Below, piece by piece: positions 11,117-22,400 of a DNA stretch of 27,451 nucleotides. Source of the stretch: a virus (taxonomy: Duplodnaviria > Caudoviricetes); IMG/VR virus record IMGVR_UViG_3300005805_000374, positions 1-27,451 of that record. One strand, 5' to 3'. Both the position numbers and the translations under genes were made by a program. Below the pieces are notes generated by a model, which did no database searches, was not told where the DNA came from, and saw nothing but the letters and a program-made list of their open reading frames with translations. Numbering within the stretch: position 1 is the stretch's first letter; each line of letters begins with the position of its first letter.

Positions 11117-11719
11117 ATGGAAAGATACAGATTACGCTCACGTTGGGTAAAAATGCTGTCTCGTTGTGAAGATGAAGATTATCCGCAGTATAAAGATTAC
11201 GGTGGAAGAGGAATTAAAGTTTGTAAAGATTGGCACGACTTTAATAAATTTTATATTTGGTGCATCAATAATGGCGTACAGCCAGAACTATTTCTTGATA
11301 GGATAGATAATGAGGGAGACTATAAACCCTCAAATTGTAGATTTGTTACAAGGAAAGAGAATAATAACAATAAATCAAACAATACATACCTAAATGCTTT
11401 TGAAGAACAAAAAACATTGAGTCAGTGGGTAGATGATAAAAGATGTAAGGTTGAATATGCTACCCTGCAAAAAAGACTTAGATTAGGTTGGGATCCTGAA
11501 GACGCCCTTACTATTGTTGCGGGAGATGGAGGAAGGTCGTATAAACCTAAAAAAAATTCTAAATTCTATAAAGCCTTTGGAGAGTCTAAAACCCTATTTC
11601 AATGGTCTAAAGATGAACGCTGCAAGCCTTCATATAAGATGTTATGGCAGCGTATTGAGCAGCTTGGCTGGCATATAGAAGATGCTATAGAAATTCCTAC
11701 TAAGACCCTTTCCAAATAA
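11117..11719 (+). CDS. Free-standing HNH-type (putative homing) endonuclease with duplicated C-terminal domain
   Basis: W..M..RC, YGGRGIKVCKDW and LDRIDNEGDYKPSNCRFVT motifs typical of this phage family. Two ~39-aa repeats AF.E.KTL.QW..D.RCK..Y..L..R...GW..EDA. Confidence 0.8.
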   Translation: MERYRLRSRWVKMLSRCEDEDYPQYKDYGGRGIKVCKDWHDFNKFYIWCINNGVQPELFLDRIDNEGDYKPSNCRFVTRKENNNNKSNNTYLNAFEEQKTLSQWVDDKRCKVEYATLQKRLRLGWDPEDALTIVAGDGGRSYKPKKNSKFYKAFGESKTLFQWSKDERCKPSYKMLWQRIEQLGWHIEDAIEIPTKTLSK

Positions 11720-11728
11720 TAGCGACAA

Positions 11729-11737
11729 TGCTATAAT
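11729..11737 (+). promoter_or_regulatory. Extended -10 promoter for the head-completion genes
   Basis: TGcTATAAT at 11729-11737. SD AAAGGAG at 11751-11757. Confidence 0.6.
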
Positions 11738-11763
11738 TAAATAACCTATAAAAGGAGAAATTA

Positions 11764-12159
11764 ATGTCATTTGATACATTAAAAGTTGCAGAGCTTAAGC
11801 AAATTGCAGAAGATTTTGCAGTAGATGTCGAAGGAGCTAATGGCAAAAAAGATATTATTGCCACCCTCGCAGAAGAAGGCGTAACTTGGGCTATCTATAA
11901 GAAAGCCAAAGGCATAGAGGAAGAAGAAAAAGAAATGAATGAAACTTTACCAAAGGCGGCACCAAAAGTAATTAATAAAGAAGATATGGTCCTTGTTAAG
12001 ATGACCCGCTCAAATTATAGTTATGAAATTAGAGGACATAAGTTTACTAAAGAACACCCATTTGTTGCTATGGACAAAGATACAGCCCAAGCAATTTTTG
12101 ATAAGGAGGAAGGCTTTGTTATGGCGACTCCAGCAGAAGTGCAGGAGTTTTACAGCTAA
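11764..12159 (+). CDS. Rho-N/HeH-like domain protein
   Basis: N-terminal LKVAELKQIAEDFAV...KKDIIATL helix-extension-helix pattern. Typical position after the capsid gene. Confidence 0.65.
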   Translation: MSFDTLKVAELKQIAEDFAVDVEGANGKKDIIATLAEEGVTWAIYKKAKGIEEEEKEMNETLPKAAPKVINKEDMVLVKMTRSNYSYEIRGHKFTKEHPFVAMDKDTAQAIFDKEEGFVMATPAEVQEFYS

Positions 12160-12168
12160 GCCAATTAA

Positions 12169-13161
12169 ATGGCAGAGATATACATAAATACAAATTCTCC
12201 AATAACTCATAGAGTATTTTGGCAGGGTGAGATATCAGCATCAGATTCGGTTCCAACAGTAAAAGTATATGATGTAACCGCAGACGCTACGATTAGTCCA
12301 GCAGTTAATCCAAGCACTATTTTAGCTACATTAACATCTTCAGCATCTGAAACAGATACTGGAAGCTATTATGTAAATTTGCCCTTGAGCCTAACTCAGC
12401 GTCAAAGAAAATTAAAATTAGTTTGGGAATATGCAGTAAGCTCAAATGCAGTCTCCCATACCTCATATGTAGATATTACAACTCCATATACAAATATTTA
12501 TGAGGCAATGAATGAATTAAATTTTGGAGTAGATCCAAGCGATCCTAATTATAAAACATATGAGGATGTAAAAAGGGCTGAAAGATTTGCTCGTAAATTA
12601 ATTGAAGATTATACAGGGCAAGACTTTTTTACATATGACGATGTAGAAGTTATATTTGGAAATGATTCAGATATCCTTCCGCTCCCTTATCGTATTGTAG
12701 ATATCCATAAGCTTTATCATAATGATATTTTACTTGTAGACAACTTGGCGAATCCAGTAGTAAACAATTGGCTATACGAGCCCATGATTTCAGAAAGCAA
12801 TTTTGGAATAAGAATAGATAGAACTGGATTACTTGATAATACAGTTTATATTGCAAACGGAATGGTGCCGCCATCTATTAATGATACATATAGCGGAATG
12901 GCATTTGGCAAATATGTAAGATATAGAGTTGAAGGAAGATACGGCTGGGAGGAAGTACCAAGTAATGTACAGCTAGCATGTGTAGAATTAATGAAAGATT
13001 ACTTTGCTAAAGATACTATTTGGAGACAGAAATACGTAAAGAATATACAGACATTCGACTGGCAGTTCGAATATTCTGGTGATGCATATTCTGGAACTGG
13101 AAATCAGTTAGCAGACAAATTGCTTGGCTCATATGTTCTTACACAAATGGTTGTGTTTTAA
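12169..13161 (+). CDS. Head-to-tail adaptor with N-terminal beta-sandwich extension
   Basis: AERFARKLIEDYTGQDF and YGWEEVPSNVQLACVELMKDY match adaptor (gp6/gp15-like) patterns; synteny agrees. Confidence 0.7.
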   Translation: MAEIYINTNSPITHRVFWQGEISASDSVPTVKVYDVTADATISPAVNPSTILATLTSSASETDTGSYYVNLPLSLTQRQRKLKLVWEYAVSSNAVSHTSYVDITTPYTNIYEAMNELNFGVDPSDPNYKTYEDVKRAERFARKLIEDYTGQDFFTYDDVEVIFGNDSDILPLPYRIVDIHKLYHNDILLVDNLANPVVNNWLYEPMISESNFGIRIDRTGLLDNTVYIANGMVPPSINDTYSGMAFGKYVRYRVEGRYGWEEVPSNVQLACVELMKDYFAKDTIWRQKYVKNIQTFDWQFEYSGDAYSGTGNQLADKLLGSYVLTQMVVF

Positions 13162-13590
13162 ATGTTGGATCTTGTAGATTCAATACTGTCCATGAAAATG
13201 GATGTTTATAGACAGGTCGATCTACAGGACCCAGACACTGGTGCTCTTGTAAAAGAGTGGATTTATTATAAGACCGTAGACTGTTCTGCTAAAGGGGTTA
13301 TTAGTAATTCTTCTTCTACCCGCACAAATAGCATTCAGTCCTTTGGAGCAAAGTATGTCAATGAAGAAATCTTACAAGTAAGAACTTCAATGAGACTTAC
13401 GTATAGAGAAAAAATTAAAAACATTAGAGATTCAAAAGGAAATGCAATTTGGGTAGAATTAAATTACCCCACAGAGACCCCAACAGTTTTTGAAGTTATA
13501 GGAAGCACTCCAGTAACAGATGGTTTTGGAAATATCATAGCCTACAACTCAGTAGTTAAAAGATCGGAGAACCAGAACATTGGAATATAA
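13162..13590 (+). CDS. Head closure/stopper protein (putative)
   Basis: 142 aa beta-rich protein (DPDTGALVKEW, FEVIGSTP) directly after the adaptor. Confidence 0.55.
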   Translation: MLDLVDSILSMKMDVYRQVDLQDPDTGALVKEWIYYKTVDCSAKGVISNSSSTRTNSIQSFGAKYVNEEILQVRTSMRLTYREKIKNIRDSKGNAIWVELNYPTETPTVFEVIGSTPVTDGFGNIIAYNSVVKRSENQNIGI

Positions 13591-14359
13591 TCTCCCATTA
13601 ATTCAGGCCTCTAGTGGTCTAAGAAATCTTATGTCCGCATCAAAAGGCGGGATAATGAAAGAAAGCCTAGTAGCTCAAATATCTGCTTACGTATATTACA
13701 ATGCACAGGTGATAAGCAAGATTACCTCAAATTCAGGATTTAAAAATAAATTTAGAGAAGTTATATTTAATCAAATAGAAAAAGATTTTGGGGAATTTAT
13801 AGATTCCCAGGCTAGGGTAAAGCCAAGATCCCTTCACCATGTTTATGAATGGGATCAAACAGGAAGCTCAGAAGCAAGATTATTTAAATTAAATAAACTT
13901 AATACAGATGGCTTAGGGTTCTCAATTTCATATGAATTCCTCCCTTCAAAGACATTTGCAAAATCAGAAGGCAACCGTAGACACGTTTTTGTAAATAAAG
14001 CGTCTGTGATGGAAGCTGGAATGCCCCTTAAAATTGCTCCACGCCATTCTAAGCGCCTTGTATTTGAGACCAATGGGTACAAGGTCTTCATGCCAGAAGG
14101 AGCCTCTGTAACGGTCAAGAGGCCTGGAGGCGTGGGAGTTAAAAATGCATTTATGATGACTTATTCTAGATTCTTTAAATCTAATCTAGTTAATCTATCA
14201 ATTAAAAAATCTGGCTTTCAGCAATTATTTAATAATTCAATGGCCAAGGCTCTTAGGCTTCCGTCGGAAATTAAAACCGTTAAATATTCATTTAGTCCTA
14301 ATTCATTGTCAACACAAGCTGACGCAGCATTAACTTCTGCATTTGGAGCATCGCTATGA
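13580..14359 (+). CDS. Basic neck/tail-completion protein (putative)
   Basis: 259 aa, Lys/Arg-rich, sits between stopper and terminator, overlaps both neighbours, TTG start. Confidence 0.5.
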   Translation: MEYNLPLIQASSGLRNLMSASKGGIMKESLVAQISAYVYYNAQVISKITSNSGFKNKFREVIFNQIEKDFGEFIDSQARVKPRSLHHVYEWDQTGSSEARLFKLNKLNTDGLGFSISYEFLPSKTFAKSEGNRRHVFVNKASVMEAGMPLKIAPRHSKRLVFETNGYKVFMPEGASVTVKRPGGVGVKNAFMMTYSRFFKSNLVNLSIKKSGFQQLFNNSMAKALRLPSEIKTVKYSFSPNSLSTQADAALTSAFGASL

Positions 14360-14871
14360 CAATTAATTATAAATTAGATTCAATGCTTGAGCTTCGTAAA
14401 TATCTTTGGGGCAGGCTAAAAGCAACAGGCATATTTGATGAGGATAATTACTATAGTGACAATATAGGCGAGGCAATAATTCCTATTCTGCCAGTTCAAC
14501 AGCAACCAGATATGAGTCAATTTTTGAGCGGGAAGAAACATATAATCTACGATAAGATAGGAGTCTCATATGACACCCTATGGCTTATATGCACAGAGCA
14601 AATATTGTTTACCGTATATTCAACAGATGTTTCCGAGATCAATGAAATTAGAAATTTTATGATAGATGAATTCCGCAGAATGGACGATTCAGCAAAAGAT
14701 ATAAATAGGTCTACTGGATTTAATACTAGCAAGTTTAATATTCATAGCGTTCATGTGGCAGACATGTCGCCAACTGCTCCTTCTGAGGAGATTCAGGGCT
14801 TTTTCTCTGCCGATATCATCCTTGAGGTTAAGTATTCAAGAAATACAGACTCATCAGGCAGGTTTATTTAG
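14356..14871 (+). CDS. Tail terminator protein (putative)
   Basis: 171 aa, ATGA overlap, immediately before the major tail gene. Confidence 0.55.
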   Translation: MTINYKLDSMLELRKYLWGRLKATGIFDEDNYYSDNIGEAIIPILPVQQQPDMSQFLSGKKHIIYDKIGVSYDTLWLICTEQILFTVYSTDVSEINEIRNFMIDEFRRMDDSAKDINRSTGFNTSKFNIHSVHVADMSPTAPSEEIQGFFSADIILEVKYSRNTDSSGRFI

Positions 14872-14876
14872 TAGAT

Positions 14877-14905
14877 TTGCCTTTTGGCCTTTTATAGCCT
14901 AAAAT
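14877..14905 (+). promoter_or_regulatory. Promoter TTGCCT-N17-TAAAAT for the major tail gene
   Basis: Same hexamers and spacing as 8617-8645. SD AGGAGGT at 14964-14970. Confidence 0.7.
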
Positions 14906-14978
14906 TGGATATAGAGGAAAGAGGAAAGAGCCTAGCCAGCTCAATTAACTAAATTTTTAAATTAGGAGGTAGAAAAAT

Positions 14979-15701
14979 ATGGCATTTAATAATGCTAAAA
15001 ATATTATCGTAGGTGCTGCACCTGTTTACATCTCTGTAAAGGATTCAACAGACAATGCATACGTAGAGAATCTTCTAGACGTTCCGTCTGGAGGTATTAC
15101 TCTTGCTGCTCGTACATCTGCTGCAACAACCTTAGATGCTGCTACTACAAAAGTTCGTAACGTAGGTTTTACAAACAATGGTTTGCAAATTACTTACAAC
15201 CCAACATATGAAGATGTTACTGTAGATCAGCTACTTGATGCTGCTAAGCTTTTCAAGTCTGCTATGCAGGTTATGATTATGACCGAAATGACAGAGGGAA
15301 CTTTACAGAACACTCTGACAGTTTTCGGACAACCAGCTTCAACACTAAAGAAGGATGGATCTGCTTCAACAGATCTTTATCCAACAAAGGGCGCAACCAG
15401 CGCAGGCGACAAAGACCTTACTCTAGGATTTGAAGCAGGCGCACTAGGCGTTGCTCCAACAGAGCGTCAACTATTTGCAGTTGGACAAGCTCCAACATTT
15501 GCTCTAGACAGCGCAGCTGCTGAGACATCAGCAACAACTGAGCGTGTATATTATGCTCGTCGTGTTCTTTCTGTTCAACAGACCCAGTTCACACTCGCAC
15601 GTAATACACCAACTACATTCCCAGTGACCTTCCGTCTTCTTCCAGACGCCCGCTATGCAGGCGCAGAATACGGCAAGATTATTGATCGTGTCTTGGCTTA
15701 A
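14979..15701 (+). CDS. Major tail (tube) protein
   Basis: NIIVGAAPVY, VGFTNNGLQITYNPTYEDVTVDQ, FPVTFRLLPD. Strong SD, followed by a terminator and the chaperone genes. Confidence 0.85.
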   Translation: MAFNNAKNIIVGAAPVYISVKDSTDNAYVENLLDVPSGGITLAARTSAATTLDAATTKVRNVGFTNNGLQITYNPTYEDVTVDQLLDAAKLFKSAMQVMIMTEMTEGTLQNTLTVFGQPASTLKKDGSASTDLYPTKGATSAGDKDLTLGFEAGALGVAPTERQLFAVGQAPTFALDSAAAETSATTERVYYARRVLSVQQTQFTLARNTPTTFPVTFRLLPDARYAGAEYGKIIDRVLA

Positions 15702-15717
15702 TTAATTTAAGCTATTT

Positions 15718-15747
15718 GCAAAACCCCCATTTTTATGGGGGTTTTGT
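15718..15747 (+). terminator. Rho-independent terminator
   Basis: GCAAAACCCCCAT-TTTT-ATGGGGGTTTTGT inverted repeat right after the major tail gene. Confidence 0.85.
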
Positions 15748-15749
15748 GC

Positions 15750-15778
15750 TTGTGTTAATAAAATGTATTTGTTATAAT
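15750..15778 (+). promoter_or_regulatory. Promoter for the chaperone/TMP operon
   Basis: TTGTGT (15750-15755), N17, TATAAT (15773-15778) with extended TG. SD AAGGAGGA at 15793-15800. Confidence 0.65.
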
Positions 15779-15804
15779 GTTTATAACTATCCAAGGAGGA
15801 TAAA

Positions 15805-16137
15805 TTGGCTACTACAGTATACGACGTAGAAGATATAAAACTACAAAATGGATCAACTGTTCAGTTGAGACCACTATCAATTAAACAGCTGAGAAAATTT
15901 ATGGCTGTAATGAATAAAGCTTCTGAATCAACTACAGAAGATCAATCACTAACCGTTTTGATTGATGCTTGTGCAATTGCTTTAGAAACACAACTTCCAG
16001 ATCTTGTTAAAGACAAGGACAAATTAGAGGAAGCTCTTGATGTTCCTACAATTAATAGAATTCTTGAAGTCTGTGGGGGAATTAAACTTGATGACCCAAA
16101 CCTAGTGGCGGCGGCGGTTCTGGCTGGTCAGAACTAG
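15805..16137 (+). CDS. Tail assembly chaperone (gpG analogue)
   Basis: TTG start with strong SD, located between major tail and TMP, contains the slippery site. Confidence 0.85.
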   Translation: MATTVYDVEDIKLQNGSTVQLRPLSIKQLRKFMAVMNKASESTTEDQSLTVLIDACAIALETQLPDLVKDKDKLEEALDVPTINRILEVCGGIKLDDPNLVAAAVLAGQN

Positions 16138-16469
16138 ACCTTGCCGCTTTATTGGGTAAAGTATTTCTTGTTGGATCCTGGAAATCATACCAGGATTTAG
16201 AAGAAAGTTTGTCAATGCCAGAACTTTTGCAAACGATAGAATCGATGCAAATGAAAGAAAAAGAAGATAGAATATTCTTAGCATCTCTTCAGGGAGTCGA
16301 CATAAGAGGTGATGAGAAAGAAGAAAAAGGTCCAACCTTTGAAGACATTCGATTGAGGGCCATGGGGATAGAGGCATCAACTGATGATGTTGTTTCTCTT
16401 CAAGGCGCTATGGCTGCAGAAGCAGGATTCGGAGTCGGAGCAGGACTTGGATACTCTAAGGAGCAATAA
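15805..16469 (+). CDS. Tail assembly chaperone frameshift product (gpGT analogue, ~221 aa; join 15805..16101,16101..16469)
   Basis: The -1 frame opens at 16095, exactly at C CCA AAC, and continues (PSGGGGSGWSELDLAALLGKVF...) into the 16152..16469 ORF. Confidence 0.85.
16095..16147 (+). other. Programmed -1 ribosomal frameshift signal
   Basis: X XXY YYZ heptamer CCCAAAC (16095-16101) in the correct phase, a 6-nt spacer, then a stem-loop (GCGGCG/TGCCGC outer, GTTCTG/CAGAAC inner). Confidence 0.85.
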
Positions 16470-16477
16470 TTATATAA

Positions 16478-19400
16478 ATGGCTGACGAAAAAATAGTAAC
16501 TAGTATAGTTGCTAATTCAGATTTTTCAAATCTCATTGCAGATGTGCAACGAGTTACAGCCAGCCTTTCTAGATTGCAGCAAGAATTTGCTGGATCAAAT
16601 AGGTCACTCGCTGGACAGATTGATGCGACTAACGCAATGTTTTCTGAGACAATGCGTAAGACGGGACAATTTTCTACACACTTCGTCAGCCTGACATCCG
16701 ATGTAGAAAAATTTGGAAGAAATCTAGACAGCGGAAGATTAAAGCTTAGAGATTATTTTAGAGTATATCAAGATCATACAAGAACAACAGGCGGACTTAT
16801 AAGAGACTTGGCTAAACAACAAGTCCAATTACAAAATGCTGTACTTCAACCCCTAGGCAGAAATGCTCAGGGGTTGATGCAATACAATGTTCATATTCCA
16901 AGAGGATTAGATTTAACAAAAAATAAGACTTCTATATTAAAACAAGAGCTTCAAATAATGAACAAGGTAATTCAGGATGGTGGAGTTCAACTTATTAACT
17001 GGGGTAAAAATACTCAATGGGCAGGTCGTCAGTTAACAGTAGGATTAACATTACCATTAGTGGCATTCGGCAAAGCGGCAGCAGATGCATTTAAAGTTGC
17101 AGATCAAGAACTAACTCGTTTAACTAAGGTTTATGGAGATATTGCAGGAACATCTGCACAAGAATTAGGACAAATTAGAAAAGAAGTTTCTGCTACAGCT
17201 AAAGAACTATCAGCAGCAATGGGCGTTAATTTTACAGAAACAATTGGTCTCGCCGCTGATATTGCTGCTACTGGTAAAACTGGAAATGAGCTTTTATCAT
17301 CTGTTTCTGAAACAACTCGCTTAGCAGTACTTGGTGAAGTAGATAGACAAGAAGCCATGAAGGCTACTCTTGCTATTCAGTCAGCATTTAAACAGAACAC
17401 TGAAGAATTAGCAGAAACAATTAACTTCTTAAACGCAGTTGAAAACCAAACATCTACAACTTTGAATGATTTAGTTACTGCTATTCCAAAAGCAGGACCA
17501 GTTATTAAGGGATTGGGTGGCAGCGTACAAGATTTGGCTTTATATCTTACTGCTATGCGTGAGGGCGGAATTAATGCAACAGAAGGAGCAAATGCTTTAA
17601 AATCTGCATTAGCGTCTTTAATTAATCCAACAGATGTTGCTGTTAAAAGATTTCAAGGTTTTGGAATAGATCTTTTAGGCATTGTTCAAAAAAATGCAGG
17701 AAGTACAACAGATACTTTATTTGCACTACAAGCTGCTTTAGATAATTTAAATCCATTACAAAAACAACAAGCAATTGAGCAGCTGTTTGGAAAATTCCAG
17801 TATTCAAGATTAAATGCTCTATTTGAAAATCTAGGAAAACAAGGTAGTCAGACCTTACAAGTATTAGACTTGATGAAAGCAAGCGCAGGCGAACTAGAAG
17901 CTGTGGCTGGTCGAGAGTTAGCAGCAGTAACTGAGTCGGCTGCTGGAAGATATAAGAGAGCGGTAGAAACATTAAAGGCGGAATTAGCTGGGGTCGGAGA
18001 TCAATTTTTAAATATTGGAACCAAACTTGTAAATGTTCTTAGTAAAATAATTGAATTTGCACAAAAACTACCAGATCCAATTAAAAAGATAATGGCTTTT
18101 GGCGGAGCCTTTACAGCAATTATTGGTCCAATAATTATGCTTACTGGTGTTCTTGCAAACTTTTTTGGTTACATTATTAAAGGACTTGGACATTTTAAAG
18201 CTCTATTTAAAGGGGCAGAAGGATTTAAATTATTAACGCCAGAAATTATGGCGGCAAAAGCGGCAGGCTCACAGCTTGCTAATGAATTTTATAGCGATGC
18301 ATTAGCAGCGGATACACTAAGAATAGCAATAGAAAAGCTAAACAATGATTTAGTTTTATTACAAAAAAATGCTTTAGGAATTTCTAAACCTGGATCAACA
18401 ACAGGGCAATTAATTTCAACTATTGCTGGAACCCCTTTGATGGCAGTCGGCGGCGGAGCAAGAGTAACAGATCCAAATCATCCACTAGTAGGCACACAAT
18501 CAAGAGCGTCGGCACATTTAAATCCAAGAGATCCAAATAATCCATCATCTATATTTGGTTTAACACTACAACCAATTCCATTAAATAGAAAGATTGGTAG
18601 AACTCCTCAAGTTATGATGACAGAGGCACTGCCAAATATTGAAGGAGTTACTTCTCATCAAGGATATTCAACTGGAGTTGTAGCTGGTGAGCATGCAAGA
18701 TATGCAGCTCTTATGGCTACCCTCGGCGTTCAGAGCAGACAAGAAATTGAAGCATTAAAGAAAACAATTGCTTTAGGTGGACAAGTATCAAGTGAATTTA
18801 TTGCTACATTTGATGATATCCTTCCAATTACTCAGAGATTAACTCAAAATGCCGCAACTCAATCTGCTTCAATTGTTGCACAATTAAGAGCTGGCCAGCT
18901 AAGCGCAGAGCAGGCACGAGCAGCAATCATTGCAGTAAATGCAGATCTTGAAAGAATGATGGGCTCAGAAATTAGCCTTTATGCCGCATCAAGAGGCAGA
19001 ACAATTGATTTATCAAAAGCTCCATTAATTAATCAGCCAGTTGTAGATGCATCAGGAAAACCAAATACTCGTGGCATGTTCCGACAAGGAATATTCAGCG
19101 ACGTAATGAGTGCAGTTGGTCGTGCAACAGGAACAAGAACTTTTGGCGGACCGTATAGTATTGAAACAACAACGCCTTCTGGATTAATAATTCCAAGAAG
19201 AAATGCAGGCGGACCAATATTTTATAATAATGGAGATCAAGTACCAGGACCAAATATCAATGCAGATGTAGTTCCTGCAATGCTTACTCCTGGAGAATTT
19301 GTAATTCGTAGAGATGTCGCACAGCAAGATCCGAATGGAATGAGAGCTCTTAATGAAGGAAGAGCAATGATTATTCCTACATTTAATAGAGGCGGTAAAA

Positions 19401-22400
19401 TCCCAGGAATTCAGTATAGAAATACTGGTAACGGCATACATAGATCTCCTATAAGGCTACAAAGGACACATATTACAGATGATTTAAGCGGACTTGCTTT
19501 ATTGCTTCCAGACTGGGTAAATCAGGGAATTAATTCTCGCAATAATGGACTTACTGGTGCTGCGATAGCAAGCGGAATAAAACAAGTATTAGACGAAGGC
19601 AATGTTTCTAATAGGTACAGACCAAACGATTTATTAGTGGAGGCTACAAGAACATTAGGAGGCGATGTAGGACAAGCGCAAAGAAGATCGAATGTCGCGT
19701 TACAGCAATTAATAAATACGCTAGAAAGTGAAGAGTATAGGAGCCGTACTATAGGTGGAAGAAGTAATCCATTTGGATTTGAAAGACTTGCCAGAGACAT
19801 ATATCGGCCAGCTTTAAGAGGAATTAGAGTTGATCCTTCAAGAACTGGTGGATCCACCAGAAATTTATTCTCTGCGCTTTCACAAATTTTTACAAATAGA
19901 GCTCAAGGTAGGATGACTGAAGATGAAGCTATATCACGTGGATTAACTAGCGGAGAGAAAACTGGCTCTAGATCTCTTGGACAAATTGTAACTAGAAAAG
20001 ATGGAAGAAAAGCTTGGGTTAGAGCTGAGACTACGATTGGATCCTCTATGCCATTATGGGCTAGAAGAACAAATCTAAGTTCGCTTCTAACAACAGCTAG
20101 AGGAATGAGCTCTGCTTTGTCTGTGATTAAAAGAAATCGCGGCGGAAGTGTTCCAGGATATGTAAGGGGCGGCGGAATTGTAAGGTCTGGAAGAATAGCT
20201 TACGGAGATAATTTTGATTATCGAAGAACTCCATTTGGAATGGGATTTACAGGAATTCCTCAAGCACAAGGAATCCAGCCAATATCTACTCCTCCAAAAC
20301 AAATAGGAATGCTTGCTGGATCTTTGATATCTATGGGAGGGTTTTACGGAGGGTCAGCCCTAGGTTCAAGATTTGGTCAAACTGGTTCAATGGTTGGAGG
20401 ACTTCTAGGAAGTATGCTATTGCCATCTTTGATGGGCGGAATGGGTGGAATGCGTGGACAAACTGATCCTGCTATATATGCAGAAAAATTAAACAAATCA
20501 ATGTTAGCAAATAAAGCTTGGGCACAGTCAGCAGCAATGTCTGCACAACAAGGAAGTAAGTGGGGCAGAATACTAACTGGTCTAATTGGCGGAATAACAA
20601 AAACTAATTTAATTATTGGTGCTGGCGTTGTGGCAGTAACTGCAGGATATAAAGCTTGGCAAAACTATAATGAAACTCAAAGATTAAGCGCTGCAGCATT
20701 TGGCATGACCGCAGATTCTGCACAAAAAGCAGGACTTAAATTTACTGATTATGGTAAAAAAATAAAAGATGCAATTGCAGCACAAAAGCTACTTATTGAT
20801 CAAAATATGATGACATATGAGAGCTTGCAATCTGCTGGTACTCCATTTAAGATGACAATTGAAGAGTATAAAAAGCTTCGTAAAGAATTAAAAGAAACGA
20901 TGGCTGAACAGATTAAGGTTATTAATGCCACCAGCCGCCCAGATGCCGCAAGAGTTGCAGTTCAATTAAAAGAGCAGCTTATGGCTGCTGGGGAATCTGC
21001 AGAAGAAGCAGCCAAAAAAGTATATACTTTATTTAATTTGTCTAATAAATCAGGAATGTCGGCTGGCGTACTGAATACAGAGGCCTTTAAAAAAATAACT
21101 GATGCTCAATCTGCCGCAGTTAGCGCAGTAGGATCATTTAATTACGCAAAAGCTTTTGAAAACAGTAGAGACGCAGCCGCCGCATTGAATACAGCTTTGA
21201 TGGCCATCAATAATGGAATAGATGATTTAGTTAGTAAAACAGAAAAGGCGGCTAAAAAGAAGGGCCAAGATTTTAATGAAACTGCTGCAAGATATGAAGC
21301 GGAAAAAAAGCAGTTAGACTCTATTGCAAGCAAGGTAAAGAATCAAGAAGAAATAGGTAAAGGAGTTTTAGATCAGCTTAAAAAACAAAATCCAGAAGTA
21401 GAAAAATTTGTTACTGCTCAAGATACAGCAGTTAGCGTATTTCAGAAGCTAAGATTAGTTGCTAGAGGATTTACTGGAGATTTGTTAGATATGAATGCTC
21501 AGCAAGTAGATGCTATTTATAAGCTACAAATAGCAACTGCTCAAGCTGTTGAAACAGTAAATAAAGAAGGATTATTGGCAAAAGAATATGAAGCTTATAA
21601 TAAACTTAAAAAACAAAGAGACGATTTAGCAAAAGCTACAAAGGGCCAAAGCGTACAAGAACAAATTGACATAAGAGAAAGATTAAAGGCTCTTGATAAA
21701 GAAATAAAAAGAATTAATGATAAGGCGGAAGCAAAAAAGAAAGCATTACGTGAAGAAGCCCAAGCTGAAGACATGGCTCTTCGTATCCAGCAACAGCAAC
21801 TTGAGTATGAAAAAGCCGTAGCCTCTGGAGATTTTGGCGGGGCAGCATCAGCACAATTAGAGCTTAAGCAGTTATTAAATGAACAACAGGTCATATTAAC
21901 TGAGCAGCAAATAGAAGAACGTAGATTAAAAGATGTAAGGCCACTTGAGCGTGAAAGAGAAAAAATTCAGGAGGCACAAGAAAAGCTTGGAGATAAAGCC
22001 GCTCTTGCTGCTGAAAGTTTAGACTCTGTAAATAAAAGACTTGAAAAGCAAAAAGAAAAAATTGATAATGTAAATACCGCAATGACTTCATTGCAAGTTG
22101 CTTTAAAATTAAATGCAAATAATATAGAAGAGTTTAAAACAACAAAAGAGTTTAAAGGTCTTGCTGCAGATTTAGTCGATGCAGTAAGAGAAGCAGGAAT
22201 AGTTACTCCTAACACAAACCTGCCAGATGTACGTAACGGACAGCTTGTAGATAATATAGGCCAGCAGGCTTTAGACCTTCTTTCAAAATATGGATCTGGA
22301 ATAGATACTATTGTTGCAGATCAAGGGCTAACTGTAAATGCTACTGGAGACATAGTTGTTAATGGAAAATCAGTAAGCACATCTACAGATACTGTTGGGG

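Noticed and set aside
14913-14930. AGAGGAA tandem repeat in the major tail leader as a possible ncRNA or riboswitch
   Set aside because: Only two short copies and no convincing secondary structure.
16135-16154. TAG readthrough, or an independent TTG start at 16152, for the second chaperone ORF
   Set aside because: The downstream ORF is in the -1 frame and has no SD. The slippery site explains it better.
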